NCBI GenBank assembly: GCA_951406725.2
Contig: OX597817.1
Coordinates: 39,246,001 to 39,310,000 of the forward strand
Length of the DNA stretch: 64,000 nucleotides
Reading direction: 5' to 3'
Source of the DNA: Octopus vulgaris
Taxonomy: Eukaryota
Below are positions 38,308 to 53,924 of the stretch, in pieces. The translations under genes were made by a program, and so were the position numbers. Position 1 is the first letter of the stretch. Each line of letters begins with the position of its first letter. Under the pieces are notes generated by a model. It saw nothing but the letters and a program-made list of their open reading frames with translations, ran no database searches and had not been told where the DNA came from.

Positions 38308-39351
38308 ACTTTTGTGGTTACTAACCTGCCAGAAATACTAGCCAAATATCCCTCAAATTTTACTCTGTTGCCTTTAAAAGGGAAACCATATTAGATGTAA
38401 TTCTTGATATACGAAAAGTCAGGCTGGTCACGGATAGAATGCATTTCATCATCTGTCCGATCTTGGTTGGTTCGGCTGAAAAACAACAATAGATGAAATG
38501 AGAAACAGGAGTCGAGTCTAGCGAGTATATCAAAAATAAACATAAAAGAAAATAAATATCAAGAATAAGTGTGATTTCAGTCAATACTAATAATAACAAC
38601 AATACTAGCAAGAAATGATATTAGAAAAAATGACCAGTCGAAATGTGAAAAATTATGAATAAAGCTAAATACATAATGATATGAATAGATATGTAATATT
38701 CAACCGAAAGAATATATGTTACGGATGGAATGGAAATATTAATAAAACAGTCGCTAGTTTCTGAAGCAGTCGTGTATGAGTATGTGTGTGTGTGTGCGCG
38801 CGCGTGCGTAAGTGTGTGTGCATCGACGTGTGTGAGTACGAATGTGTTTGCTTCTGTGCGTATGCGTTCGTGTGCATGTCTGTCTTTTGTGTGTGTGTGT
38901 ATGCATGTGTGTATGTATGTGTATATTTGTGTATGTGTGTGTGTGTATGAATGTATGTATGTCTGCCTCGGTGTGTGTGTGTGTGTGCATGTGCGCGTGT
39001 GTGTGTGTCTGCCTCAATGTGTGTGTGTGTGTATGTGTGTGTGCTCGTGTGTGCGTGCGCGTGTGTATGTATGTGTGTACGTATTTATATTCGTGTGTGT
39101 GCATGAATGTATGTATGTCTGCCTCAATGTGTGTGTGTGTGTGTGCCATTTTTATGAACATATTGCAAGAATGTCTTTGAATGTCTTTGATGTTTTGTTG
39201 TCGTGGTTTTAATTTCCGCATTCATTGTTCTTCAGCAACCAACTATTTACACGATATATTAGTTGTTGTTGGCCTGTAACGCCATCGGTGACCGACCGAT
39301 CCAATAGCGACCACCACCACCACCTACTCTCCCTCAAACTGTCCCAACACC

Positions 39352-39354
39352 ATA

Positions 39355-39437
<83 letters not shown>

Positions 39438-39510
39438 GACTGTTGCTGCTGCTGCTGCTGCGACTGTTGCTGCTGCTGCTGCTGCAACTGTTGCTGCTGC
39501 TGCTACTGCC
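39352..39510. repeat. (CTA)n(CTG)n trinucleotide tract
   Basis: Directly visible; source of the poly-Y/poly-C ORF. Confidence 0.97.
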
Positions 39511-39679
39511 GTTTTGGTTTGCTTACGTTCTCGTTAGAATAAGTGTTAGATTTAGAATAAGTACCGGGATCGATTTGATTGCCTAACCTGCCGAGGCGGT
39601 TTCCACCCCTAGCATAACTGCAATCTTATGATAGAAACATCTGAAAGAATAAAATAAAATGAAATTTTAAAATCCTTTT

Positions 39680-39915
39680 ATCCTTTTATTTGCTTCAGTC
39701 ATTTTGACTGCGGCCATTTTGATTGTTTCAGTTATTTTGATACCGCCTTAAAGGTTTTTTTTTTTTAGTCGAAAAAATCGATCCCAGGACTTATTCTTTA
39801 TAAGCCTAGTACTTATTCTATCGGCCTCTTTTGCTGAGTTACGGGGATGTAAACACACTACACCGGTTGTCAAAAGGGATGTGGGGGTACAAACAGACAC
39901 AAAGACACGCACATA
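39680..39915 (-). mobile_element. SINE family K, 3' half
   Basis: Reverse of the family K 3' half. Confidence 0.8.
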
Positions 39916-39971
39916 TGAGTGTGTGTGTATGTAAGTATATATGTATATATATGTATATATATGTTTATATA

Positions 39972-40047
<76 letters not shown>

Positions 40048-40049
<2 letters not shown>

Positions 40050-40620
40050 AATTGAGATAGGGGTTGTAAATGCAACCCTCCATGGGATAACATATATCCA
40101 ATATACTGCTAGTGAAGTACCCAACAAGGTTAATACATAAATGTTAAGGATTGCGATGCAATCAATTCATTTACTGTATTATATGGGCAAAGGTAAAATG
40201 TTTTACTACAAATTCATAATTCAAAATAAGAAAATGGAGAAATACATCTAAATCAAATATCAATTACCAGATAATACTCAATCACATACTTTATTAAACC
40301 ACCACATAAGAAACTATAGGGTTAAACATAAAAAAGTAGAGCAAAACAGTATACATAAAGGGGTATACATAAAAAAAGTGTACATAAAAGAGTAATGTAG
40401 AATATATATAAGTAGAATATATATATAAGAGAATATAAATATAAGTAAATATAAATATAAATATAGATTACATCTTACAGCTGTTTCGGCCATGTAGATA
40501 AGTATGTCTCATTTTACTCATATTAGCCTTTTATGGTAGGTCAATATGTAGTTATAAATGAGACATTTACAAAAATATCATAAGGCCTCTTCGGAGATTA
40601 TGTGATATAAATCAGTCTAT
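40048..40620 (-). mobile_element. PLE pLTR-like insert in (TA)n with HHR
   Basis: Terminus GAGATAGGGGTT...CAACC...TATCC resembles 12833-12895; same GAAACAGCTGTAA HHR half as the EN-linked copy. Confidence 0.75.
40472..40598 (-). ncRNA. Hammerhead motif, U4C core, extended stem II
   Basis: AUCU-CCGAAGA-GGCC...(AUGUCUCAUUU/AAAUGAGACAU)...GGCC-GAAA-CAGCUG-UA-AGAU. Confidence 0.78.
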
Positions 40621-40849
40621 ATATATATACCTATATGGGTGCGGGCATATACCCACAATACATCATATACATATACATAAGAGTGCATATACTCACACTC
40701 ATATACATACAAATACATACATATACATAATGATATAAATAATATAAATTAGTAAACATACATATGTTCCACATTCAATGTTACAGTTTTTCAACTTAAT
40801 ATTGTGATAATAAACATACACATACTATTGACTCTGTATATCTGATGGG

Positions 40850-41410
40850 CCTGGACATGACAACAAAACCACAATCAGTCTACGATGCGCCAGGATTGGC
40901 ACATGCTTCTCAGTTCCGTGATGTGTGTGGTCTTCCAGAAGCACTTCACATGACTGTTTGAGTTGGACAAAGGGTCAATAACAGCAGCGTACTTTATTTC
41001 GTACCTGGACAGCCTGCCTCAGCACTCAGCAGCAGACACAAGGTTCTACAAAAATCTGTGGAAATACGGAAGGCAATGAACTATTGGATGGTCTGCTCTA
41101 TGAATTCCATGAATTCATGTCAAATTTGTTTGGCAGTCTCGTGACACACATATGTGTATATTTCTGCATGTGTGTGTGTGTGTGTTTACCGCCAGCCCCC
41201 AACAAAGAACTGTTGCCAAAAACAGGGTGACTGGATAGTCAGCCATGGATATTCAGCACACACTGTACGCTGCGTCGATGGAGTCGATTCTTTATGAGAG
41301 AAATTTGTCTGCGCAAAGAGCCTATCTATACAATTATGAAGCAACAAAGAACTCTTCAACCACTTCCGTTTCCAAAGATCAACCAAGTATGAAATGCCAT
41401 CAAAGAGAAC
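40850..41410 (+). mobile_element. Possible highly decayed L1/Tx1-type RT fragment
   Basis: VSHGYS...LYAASMESIL near 41240-41295 weakly resembles VRQG.PLS..LY...EPL. Confidence 0.3.
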
Positions 41411-41419
41411 TTACCAATG

Positions 41420-41586
41420 TTTAGGTGCAGGCATGACTGGTTGGTTAAGAAGTCTGCTTCTCGGCCGGATGGTTTTGGGTTCAGTACCACTGCCCAGCAC
41501 CTTGGGCAAGTGTCTTCTACTATAGCCCTGGTTGATTAATGCATAAGAGTTTGAATTTGGTTGGTAGAAACTGTGTGGAAGCCTGT

Positions 41587-41623
<37 letters not shown>

Positions 41624-41825
41624 CTTTGTGAATGTCTTCATCACCACTTGGCAACTGATGGTGTTTTATTTAAAACCATGTTACTTAGCTGTTCAGCAAA
41701 AGAGATTGACAGAATAGAGACAAGGTTTTATAAAAATTGGTCCTCGGGTTGATTTGTTTGACTAAACCCGTCAAGGTAGTGCTCCAGTATGGCCACAGTC
41801 ACAATTGAAACATGTAAAAGATAAA
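41420..41825 (+). mobile_element. SINE family K, diverged
   Basis: Both halves and an internal (TG)n. Confidence 0.82.
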
Positions 41826-42099
41826 TTAAGAGTGAAAACCCTGACTTTTACCCTTGTGAAGCTTAATGCCACATTTCCTACTTTGAATGACCAGCTCCCT
41901 GGTGTGATGTCAAGGTAGACTGACTGGTGTCTGTCATATCCTCGATGTGGAACATGATTTTTTATTAAAGCGGATTCACATGCCACCTCCTTCCCTTGCA
42001 TATAGGAGGTTCACTGACTGGAAGGTTAAACTGCTTGGCTACTGACCCTACAGCAATAAGTTCAAGTCTTTGTTGTTAGCTAGTGATTCTTTTTTCTTT

Positions 42100-42470
42100 G
42101 ATCATCATTTAACATATGTTTTCCATGCTGGCATGGGTTGGACGGTTTGACAGGAGCTGGCAAGCCAGAGAGCTACACCATGCTTCACTGCCTGTTTTCG
42201 TATGGCTTTTACAGCTGGATGCCCTTCCTAATGCCAACCAACTTACAGAATGGACAGAATGCTTTTTATGTGGTACCAACACTGAAATGATTTTTACAGC
42301 TGTATGCTCTTCCTAATGCCAACCACTTTACAGTGTGGACGGGATGCTTTTTACATGGGACAAGCACTGGTGGGGTCACCAGATAACTTGCAAGACAAAG
42401 ATCCTTTGTGAAGAGGGAGTTGGAGGAGGTGGCATTGTGCCAGGTGAAGAGAGGTTAGAGTGTGACAGAC
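42100..42470 (-). mobile_element. Retroposon 3' fragment
   Basis: Shares sequence with 25630-25760; internal duplication of CTTCCTAATGCCAACC. Confidence 0.55.
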
Positions 42471-42512
42471 CAAGAAATGTTGCATGTATGCAGACACATG
42501 CATGAGTACACA

Positions 42513-42552
<40 letters not shown>

Positions 42553-43112
42553 TGCACGTACGCAGACACATGAACACATAAACACACACACACACACATA
42601 CATAGATAAACATATATACACACACAGACACAAACATACACACATGAATGTACACACACACACGCAGGCATGTATACACACACACACACAAAGAAATAAT
42701 CACGTACTCATATGCAACAGAGTTTTAGGCAGTAATGGCTTCACAGCAATTGTGGTGCAACCGATGCGTGATTATTGCCAATTGAAAAGTGTACAAGAAC
42801 ATGTATGTATGTATTGTACGTATATCTGCAAATATGTATGTGTGCAAATGTGCGTGTTTATGCAGTGAAGCATTTATATGTAAAATGCACATGTGTGTGT
42901 GTGTGTGTGTGCGTGTGTACACAACGTGTAAATACATGTGTTATGAATTAATGCATTATATTTTCCTTTTAGTTGTCGTGATGTTCAAAATTATTGTTTT
43001 ATGAAATTCTTTGTCTATTGGTATAGATGTATATATATATATATACATATATATATATGTGTGTACGTACATACATACATATACATACATACATACATAT
43101 ATATATACATAT

Positions 43113-43200
<88 letters not shown>

Positions 43201-43547
43201 ACCAACAGCTATCTTTCTTTTTCTAACTTAAATTTCTTTCTTTCCTCTTGTTCAGCTACAGGGATAAAATTCAGCTTTTCCTGTTAATACTGAGCTGTCT
43301 CTGCTGTAATTTTCCCCTTTCTCTTATATTTATTAAATACATCATGACACTCAAATTCCAGCTACTAGTCATCTCTGCTAAATTTTCCTCCTTCACTTAT
43401 ATTTATTCTTTAACTCAAACCGTTTGTGATAAAACCTTTTCTAGGTGAATAAAATAAAGTACGAGTTAATCACTAGGATTGGTTTATCGATTTTAGTTTC
43501 TCTCAAATTAAGTCAAATAAACAAATTTGTAATTATAAAACAAAACT

Positions 43548-43760
43548 AAGGCGGTGAGCTGCCAGAATCGTTACCGCGTCGAACAAAATGCTTAATGGCA
43601 TTCTTTTCGGCTCTTATGTTCTGAGTTGATATATCACTGAGGTCCACCTTACCTTTCATCTCTTTGGGGTCAATAGACTAAGTAGCAGTTGAGTACCGGG
43701 GTCGGTGTAATCGACTCACCCTCCCCTTAAATTTGCTGGCTTTCTGCCAAAATTTGAAAC
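43548..43760 (+). mobile_element. SINE family N, diverged
   Basis: GGCGGTGAGCTGCCAGAATCGTT...CCTTTCATCTC. Confidence 0.8.
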
Positions 43761-46007
43761 GATATATAACAAGACTTGTGAGATGGTCAAGAAACTTAGA
43801 AATGTATAACTACGTTTCTGTAAGTGTTTATCTTCGTCTCTCCCGCTCTCCCTCCCCCCTCTCACTCTTTCTGGGTTCAAATCATTCCAAGGGTCAACGT
43901 TGTCCTTGAATTCTCTAGAACTAAAGAAATAATTTGGATCCTATTGTACCGATGCTTAATGCCAATTCCAGTAGTAATGAATCCTTATGTTTTGCACGCA
44001 GTTAGCAATAGACTGTTACCTTTTCACTGCAAATAAGTGACCTGAAACAGTGTAGAATTGAACGTCGTGTTCAGCAGTTTAGTGAAACACCTGCGGGAGA
44101 TTTAAACATCCAATTGATGAACCGGCATTTTTATTCCTTTTCTACACGCCCTTTTCGCTTCTTTGAAACATATTGAAATGACTTCACTCAATGAAACTTC
44201 TCCTCCAACAAACAGTCTTCTCAAGCAGTATAATCAACAGAAATTTCTGAATCGTTATGTAAGATGATTCTTTTATCACTTTATCCTTTTATGTTAAAGC
44301 TATTAGAGAATGTCATCGTGACATTATAAAGAAGGTAACCAACACAAAAAGTAAATTGCAAAGGAAGTTGACCAAATAAAATTTGAAATAAAGATGACCA
44401 TTCTTTATCAAATGTTACCATTTCTTTCATTTTCAGCAATATGGTGGCTTTCATCATGTTCCGGTATTTTTGCACATTTAGCACCCGTTTTAATACCATC
44501 ACATGGTGTTTGGGTGCCTTTAATGGAGTGTATTCTGTTAAAAGATTCCGGGTCAGGTCTCTGGCCTCAGGTATAACCTCCTCCCATTTTCCCTTTTACC
44601 AAATTTGGAGGCTGTGAAAAGGTATGAAGCGTGCTACCCGACCTTCTATGATTAAGATAAAAAACAAAACAAACTAAAACTAACAAAAAAGTACGCATTG
44701 AGTCAACTAGGAAGTCTTTGTGTGATTGTGTAACATGGTAGAAATAGCAGCTAATTCTCTCTCAAATTATATCTTGCCACCTTGAAAAGAGGGAAACATT
44801 TTAAAAAGAGGGGAACTGAAGTACTAGATACGCCGTACTCATGAGAAAGGTGTGGTGGTTATGATGGTTGGAATACCTGTGATTATAGGTTAGCTCAACT
44901 TAATATCAATTTATTGAATGAATTAAGACAAAATCAATGCCACCACAAAGATTGCTGCTAAGGAATTTCAATAAGAAAGAATATATTGAGTGAGAAAAAT
45001 AAACTGAAATTGGAAGAAAATAATTGCAATATCGCCCACGTACAATTCATATTTTTTTTTCATTAATTTCAATCTGAATTGCAAATAAAGAAGAGAAATA
45101 AGGAAAAATGTCTAAAACTCTATTGCCTACATGAGGATATACTATTGTATTTGTATCTAAGAAATATTGTTATCGTTGTCAGTTTTCGTATTTCGTCCGC
45201 TTTCGTAGTTGTCTGCTTTCACGCTTTTGTTTAATTTATGGTCTAACAGCAGAAAGTATTCAAATAAGAAACTATTGTAATATTCGCTGATTGTTCCTAC
45301 TTGAAAGACGATTGCCTTTGCAAAGAGATTCTATACTTAAGATCTATCAAAAGCTGTTATAAGGACCACGCCTAAAGAAATAGTCACGCGTATAAGCGGT
45401 AAAGTTTGTTTAACTATAGATCTGTTTTTTCTTTATGTTTCTCTTTGTTGTAAAGTTTAGTTTTCTGTTCTATTCAATATAATGATGGCGACTCTCTATT
45501 TTTTCAGTTTTAAAGAGGTACGTACACACTAGATATATTCTCATTTACATTCATAAACACACTCAGAAGTACACACAATCTCAGTCAAAGATATTGAAAG
45601 ACAGAAAATTAAAACATCTTAAAAAATTGAAGGTGCTAGACTGCAAAGAATGCTTAACTTGAATAAAGAATTATTACCAACAGAAATAATATTCGAAATA
45701 TTGAGTTGTAACATAGGCGTAAAATTTTGAGGAGGGAAATTGTCGATTATATCGATAGAATAAGGACCAGGCTTTAAAAAAAATCTTAGGGTCGATTCTT
45801 TCAGTTAAAAATTCTTCAAGGCGGTGTTCCAGCATGGCTGCAGTCTAAGACTGAAAGGAATGAAAGATACATACTCTTTGACTGATCTAGGGACTGAACT
45901 CACGCTCATTAACTAAACTACAAATATATATACTTGACTTCAAACAGAACGACAAATTAACATCAGAAGTAAGGAAATAAATAATACGAAGATAACTCTT
46001 CAGAAAA

Positions 46008-46049
46008 CACCTAAAGATGACTGGAGAGTACAATAGTCGAAACATTGTG
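46008..46049 (+). ncRNA. Degenerate minimal hammerhead motif
   Basis: CAC-CUAAAGA-U-GACU...AGUC-GAAA-CA-UU-GUG; G5A would be inactivating. Confidence 0.5.
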
Positions 46050-46508
46050 ACCATAACAACCAAAATGAGGACGCTTATCCAAAGATGTCAGTGTTCAATA
46101 AGTTCTATAAGGTATTTAGTTATATATAGTTCGTATTATTAAAGTTGTAAATGGAATTTGTTGTTTTCCCATTCTTTGATAACAATCCAAATACCTATGT
46201 TATCTTTTTCGTTATATACATCACTGTCCATTTCCAATCGATAATCACAGCCTTTGTAAGAACACGTACAGCTCACCTGTTCTGTGTTTTAGTGCCACTC
46301 ATACTGGAAGAAGTCTCTTTTTCTGGCACGAAGAAATAAAAGACTGATATGAATAACCTGTTGTCGTTATCTCTGCGAATCCTTTATAGTCTGCAAGCTA
46401 TTTTAGATCGTAGAGAATAAAGGTCGACCGTCTGGTTAGTGAGTCATCCTTTTACTCATTTGCAAACCTTCGAAATGTGTCTCCTCTCATTTCTTGATAC
46501 AACTATTT

Positions 46509-46517
46509 ATCATCATT

Positions 46518-46604
<87 letters not shown>

Positions 46605-46618
46605 CCATCACCACCACC
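46509..46618. repeat. (CAT)n microsatellite
   Basis: Directly visible. Confidence 0.97.
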
Positions 46619-46821
46619 AGACATGGCAGTTTGTCTAACCCCCTTTTCCGTTCTCACAGTCCTCCATCCACACAGCGGGCACGCTCCATCCCACGAGAAA
46701 CACTGCATTATGATGTGACACCATTTGGTAATGAAGGAAAATTACGAAGAATACAGACACAGCGCACGCACGAGCGTGTTTGTGTATGTGTTTGCACGCA
46801 TGTGATGTGCGTGTGTGTGTG

Positions 46822-46881
<60 letters not shown>

Positions 46882-47256
46882 GTCTCTCTCTTATTATTGC
46901 CACTCCTAATAGAAAACGAAGGCAACGACACATCGTAGACACCAGCACCACCGCCAACAGTAACAAAAACATTATCATCATCATCACCACCATCACCACC
47001 ACCACTACCATCAAGATTATTATGATCATGATGATGATCATCATCATCGTCAGAAATATTTGATTAGGAATTATCGAACAAAAGCAAATTTCACAAATAT
47101 TTCAGCCATTGTTTTCCTTGTGTGAAAAAAGCACCCTGTTCGTCCTGAAAGTGTGTTGGGTTGAAGGAAATATGCCTGAAGGTTGAATAGAATTATAATG
47201 CTTAATATTGATATTTCTGGTTTCGGTTCCGTTATCTTAACTGCAAGTTAGACGAA

Positions 47257-47332
<76 letters not shown>

Positions 47333-47333
47333 A

Positions 47334-47430
<97 letters not shown>

Positions 47431-47666
47431 CGTAGTCATTACTCGCAAGCTTATACCACGCTTTCGCTAGTTGTTTGAGGTGCCTGTATAATCTCGAGTT
47501 GATACAAATAGTCTCTTAGCCCTCCTGCCTTTGAAATAACGGAACATAGAGGATGTGACAACTGGAGGGGAAGAGCACTGCATCAGCACGAGGCTGGGAC
47601 TCATTTGCACTTGTATACACAAAGTTTGTGTATACATATATATATATATATATACAGTATATATAG

Positions 47667-47740
<74 letters not shown>

Positions 47741-47782
47741 ATATATTGGAAGGTTTGGAGATGATGTACAGGTATTATATAG

Positions 47783-47903
47783 AAGAAATGAGGTACTCAG
47801 AAGATCGGATGGTTTATATTTACAGATCTTTATTTATATATTACATTTTTTATATACATATCGTTTCACTTAGATCATTAGCGACCTTCTGAGTACCTCA
47901 TTT

Positions 47904-47906
<3 letters not shown>
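47783..47906. mobile_element. ~125-bp element with 25-bp inverted termini, in TA context
   Basis: AAGAAATGAGGTACTCAGAAG / CTTCTGAGTACCTCATTTCTT; internal minus-strand CTAATGA..GAAAC. Confidence 0.65.
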
Positions 47907-47971
<65 letters not shown>

Positions 47972-47985
47972 CATATATATGGATA

Positions 47986-48454
47986 TTTATAAAAAAGAAG
48001 TTTGAAAACGCCACTATATAAGATAAATTTTAATTTTCTGAGAGATTTTACATGTTTCGGTTCTCCTTGAAAAAACGAACCTTAAAAAAATATATTCTTT
48101 AAAAGTTAAGTGTAATAAAAGAAAAGTTCATAATTATTTCTTACTAGTCTCAACAGAGTCCACGTGGTGGTGGTTTGTGTGTGGGAACAAATGGCTGTCT
48201 GGCCAACGATTCTAGTCAACTCACAAGACAGCCATTATGTTCCCACGCACAAACCACCACCACGTGGACTCTGTTGAGACTAGTAAGAAATAATTATGAA
48301 CTTTTCTTTTATTACACTTAACTTTTAAAAATATATATTTTTGATAAGGTTCGTTTATTCAAGAAGACCCAACACATGTAAAATCTCTCAGAAAATTAAA
48401 ATTTATCTTATATAGTGGCGTTTTCAAACTCCTACACTTTTTATAAATGTATAT

Positions 48455-48489
<35 letters not shown>

Positions 48490-48545
48490 TATAAATATAT
48501 ACCCACTCGTTTATGCCAACTACACTTTCTATAAATGTATATGGA
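47986..48545 (+). mobile_element. Large fold-back insert in (TA)n (arms ~47986-48200 / 48226-48447)
   Basis: About 215-bp inverted arms with a 25-nt spacer; residual CCGAAACATGTA half-motif in the left arm. Confidence 0.88.
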
Positions 48546-48564
48546 TATATATATATATATGGAG

Positions 48565-48636
<72 letters not shown>

Positions 48637-48804
48637 TGGCCTGCTCGCTTAGCCAGCGGAGTGGCGTCATTCGAAGGCTAAAGCAATGCGAACGCATTGT
48701 GACCAGCGATGTGTAACAACATCTGATGGTCTGGTCGGTCACGTGATCACGTGATATATATATATATGTATATGTATATATATATGGATATATATATATA
48801 TATA

Positions 48805-49441
48805 TTCTCCATTCTTCATGGTTTCCTCGCAGCCATTCCCCTTCTCTCCCTTTCTCTTGCTCCTCCTCCCCCCTTCCCGTCGTTCACCCGCGACGTGACT
48901 TCCGCCTTCCCGTCGTTCACCCGCGACGTCACCTCCGCTGCTGTCTCTCTAGCCTAGCCCTCTCAAGGTAATGGACGACATTCTTTTTGCTCCGCTCGTC
49001 GTCCATAAAAAATTCTGCGTTCGCAATAATTTTTTTCGTTCGGCGTTAACAGCCCTTCTTATCTTGTTTTTCCTTGTCCTGTCTTTTACTGTTTATAATT
49101 TGTACTGTCGTTACTGTCCTGTTGTTACCATTTTTTTTACCCCTCTGCGAAAAGATCTCAGAATTTTAATTGATTTGCTTTTCGCAGGAAGGAAAGTTTC
49201 TTGTCGAAGATACGTCTCGCTTTTATCCTTCGAAACGTAGAGTAGATGAAACCTTTAGCGACTGAAGAAGGGGTTTTTTTCTTTGTGTTAATTGACCTGT
49301 ACGGTTTGTGTCTATGTTTTCGTTTCTCATTGTGTTCGACTTCCTTTTGGTGTCCTGTACTCATATATGCGTGTATATGTACATGTAGAGCTAGGTACGT
49401 ACATATATGTTTATATATATGCATATGTTTTATTTTATTTA

Positions 49442-49445
<4 letters not shown>
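48805..49445 (+). mobile_element. ~640-bp insert in (TA)n, structured and non-coding
   Basis: Bounded by TA tracts; its 3' part matches 29645-29905; internal hairpins (ATGGACGA/TCGTCCAT, CTGCGAAAAG/CTTTTCGCAG) and a 34-bp tandem duplication at 48871-48937. Confidence 0.7.
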
Positions 49446-49504
<59 letters not shown>

Positions 49505-49613
49505 GTAGAGAAAGAAAAGTGAGAGATCCACTTCCTAGTCTAATCACTGGACTGAGGTTCAGAGAGCACTGAAATACAGACGTGACAGATTACATAGAAA
49601 AAAGAAGATAGAT

Positions 49614-49652
<39 letters not shown>

Positions 49653-49660
49653 AGGAAAGG

Positions 49661-49711
<51 letters not shown>

Positions 49712-50224
49712 CGGGGGAAAGAAGAGAAAGCGCGGTGACTGAAAGAAAAGGAGGCGCTGAGATAGCTGTAATTAAATTTGACTACAGGTATTTATTCGGC
49801 TTTCCTTTTCTAAATACCTTTCACGCGTATTAATGATTTTTTCAATGATAATTAATTCTTTTATATGTATATAATGAGAGAATGTCTCTTGTTATTCGCT
49901 GAATTCACATCTCAAGGCATGGGTGAACAATGCGTGAGTGTGTGTTATAAGGCATAGAACAAAATGCAATGAAAATATATCTTCTTAAATGAGATTATGT
50001 CTTGCTTTGTTTTTTTTTTAGATTAAGTAGATATAAATGCCAAAGAGTCAATATGATATTCCGTCAAAAGCCAACTTTGTGGATGCCGGAAACACCTTTT
50101 TAGATTTTGTGTTGGGTAAATCCTTTAATTTTATACTCATGTACCACACGCTAAATTTTTAGTTGATTAACATTTATAGGAACCCCGCCTCCGGACAGTT
50201 TTTCTGATGGTGATTATACTAAAA

Positions 50225-50268
<44 letters not shown>

Positions 50269-50623
50269 ATTCTAATAGAGCAAACCAATAGAGTAAACGA
50301 GGTAACACTTGTCCAAGTGATACATCCCTTAGTTACATGTTATATCATAGGTGAGATATTCATTCATCCCCAAATTACTAGGTAGATAGATAGACAGATA
50401 GACCAATATACGCACTTGAAACAAACAATATTAGATTTATAAAGAGGTTTGGGTAAAACATTTATAATGCATATTCAAACATATAATGACGCTAGCCGTA
50501 TTATTTTGTTTCGGGGAAACTTCCCATATATGTCTTTCAATACACAAGTCATTGAGAAGTTTCTCTGGGACCAAACATCACAGCTAGACCGTTCAACGTT
50601 TGTAGATAGATAGATAGATAGAT

Positions 50624-50683
<60 letters not shown>

Positions 50684-50751
50684 TGATAAATAGATAGCTA
50701 GAAAGTTAGATAGATAAGTAGATAGACAGACAGACAGACAGACAGATAGAC

Positions 50752-51081
<330 letters not shown>

Positions 51082-51196
51082 AAAACTTGTAGATTTCAGC
51101 GGTTCAACATAGCGAATGAATAGATAGATAGATACATAGATAGACAGACGGTGAGCGGGAGAGAGAGAGAGAGAGAGAGGTGTTAATCGTCTAAAG

Positions 51197-51518
51197 CAGA
51201 AGTTCTCAATGATTTAAAAAAAATCTATGGACTTCTTTAATTACTATTTTATTCTGGTAGACTTCCATAGTCATTCGATGTTTAAAAACTAGTTTTATAG
51301 TAACTTCTTTTAAAATTCCTATTTTGCTTTTCACACATTAACTTGTGTAGGTTGAACTATGTAAAACTTTCGAGAAACCTACCTGTTCTTTGCAATACAC
51401 ACCAATACATACATCTAAAGCAAATTTTTTCATTGGCCTTTAAAATAGTATAGTGGACCCCGCCCCGAATCTTATATGGATTCTCAGGGGCCAAATGGAT
51501 CCCGGTTGAAAACCAATG
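51197..51518. mobile_element. Charlie-type hAT MITE
   Basis: Perfect 8-bp TSD GTCTAAAG (51189-51196 and 51519-51526); degenerate TIRs CAGAAGTTCTCAA / TTGAAAACCAATG. Confidence 0.8.
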
Positions 51519-51987
51519 GTCTAAAGTAAATGGTGATGTACGGTACGACAAAATGTTTTTCCATTTCTATCAAATTTCTTTCTCTTTTTCATACTCATTC
51601 TTCGTTTTTTTATACGCATATACACTTCCAGGACCTCCACTCTCTCTGACACGCACGCACACGTATGTATACTCTTTCCTCCCCTCTCTCTCTCTTTTGT
51701 TTCCATTATGATGTTTTCCACATCTCCCAGCATGAAAAGGCTTTCACATCAATTTACACAAATTTAAAAACCAACTTTGCTCTGTGAGTCAGTCTCGGTA
51801 CAGAATTGACCATGAGTAGACTGAAATAAGGAAACAATGTTAAACAAATAACAGCAACGTTCAGTTTTAATTATTAGGTCAAAGTTGAAAACAAGACTAA
51901 GTCAACGGAGTGCATTACCAAATCTTAAAGTTGATTGTTCCAGAAGCACACTTCCGTTAATTTGAACTGAAGAATGAGCAGCTAATG

Positions 51988-52038
<51 letters not shown>

Positions 52039-52039
52039 G

Positions 52040-53394
<1,355 letters not shown>

Positions 53395-53850
53395 GCCTTT
53401 GCACAGCTTCTAACGCTGGAGATGTACTACAGAGTCAACTATTCACTACCAGTGAAGTAAGGTAATACCTCTTATTTTTCGAGCCCCTTCCGGAATATTC
53501 GAACGGTTCCAAGCAGTGCTCCACTCTTATTGCAGTCCCTATTTGTTCCACGTACTTCTCGAGCTTTTTGCTCACTGTTCCCAGGGCTCCGACAATTATT
53601 GGTACTACTGCTACCTTTTTCCTCGACCACAACTGCTTAACTTCCCAAGTTAACCTGTCATATCTCTCGACTTTTCTTTCTTCCTTATTGCCTACCTTGT
53701 TGTCAGCTGGGCATGCTATATCTGTGATACAGCATAGTTTGTTTTCTTTCTCAATTAAGACTATGTCTGGCTTCCTCTTTTCTATCTCATGGTCGCACTG
53801 AATCATAAAATCCCATGGATCTTTGCATTTCTATTTTCGACGATTATTAG
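53395..53850 (-). mobile_element. Second, distinct Dong/R4-clade 3' fragment
   Basis: IQCDHEIEKRKPDIVLI...DIACPAD...KVERYDRL...VPIIVGALGTV; 3' end abuts (TTA)n. Confidence 0.9.
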
Positions 53851-53924
53851 ATGATTATCATAAAAAGCTCAGAAATATCTGGAAAAACCGCCGTCATCTC
53901 CAAATTTTCTGGAATCATGTTTAT

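Noticed and set aside
44050-44620. Possible exon or transposase fragment
   Set aside because: No recognisable protein motif in the frames read.
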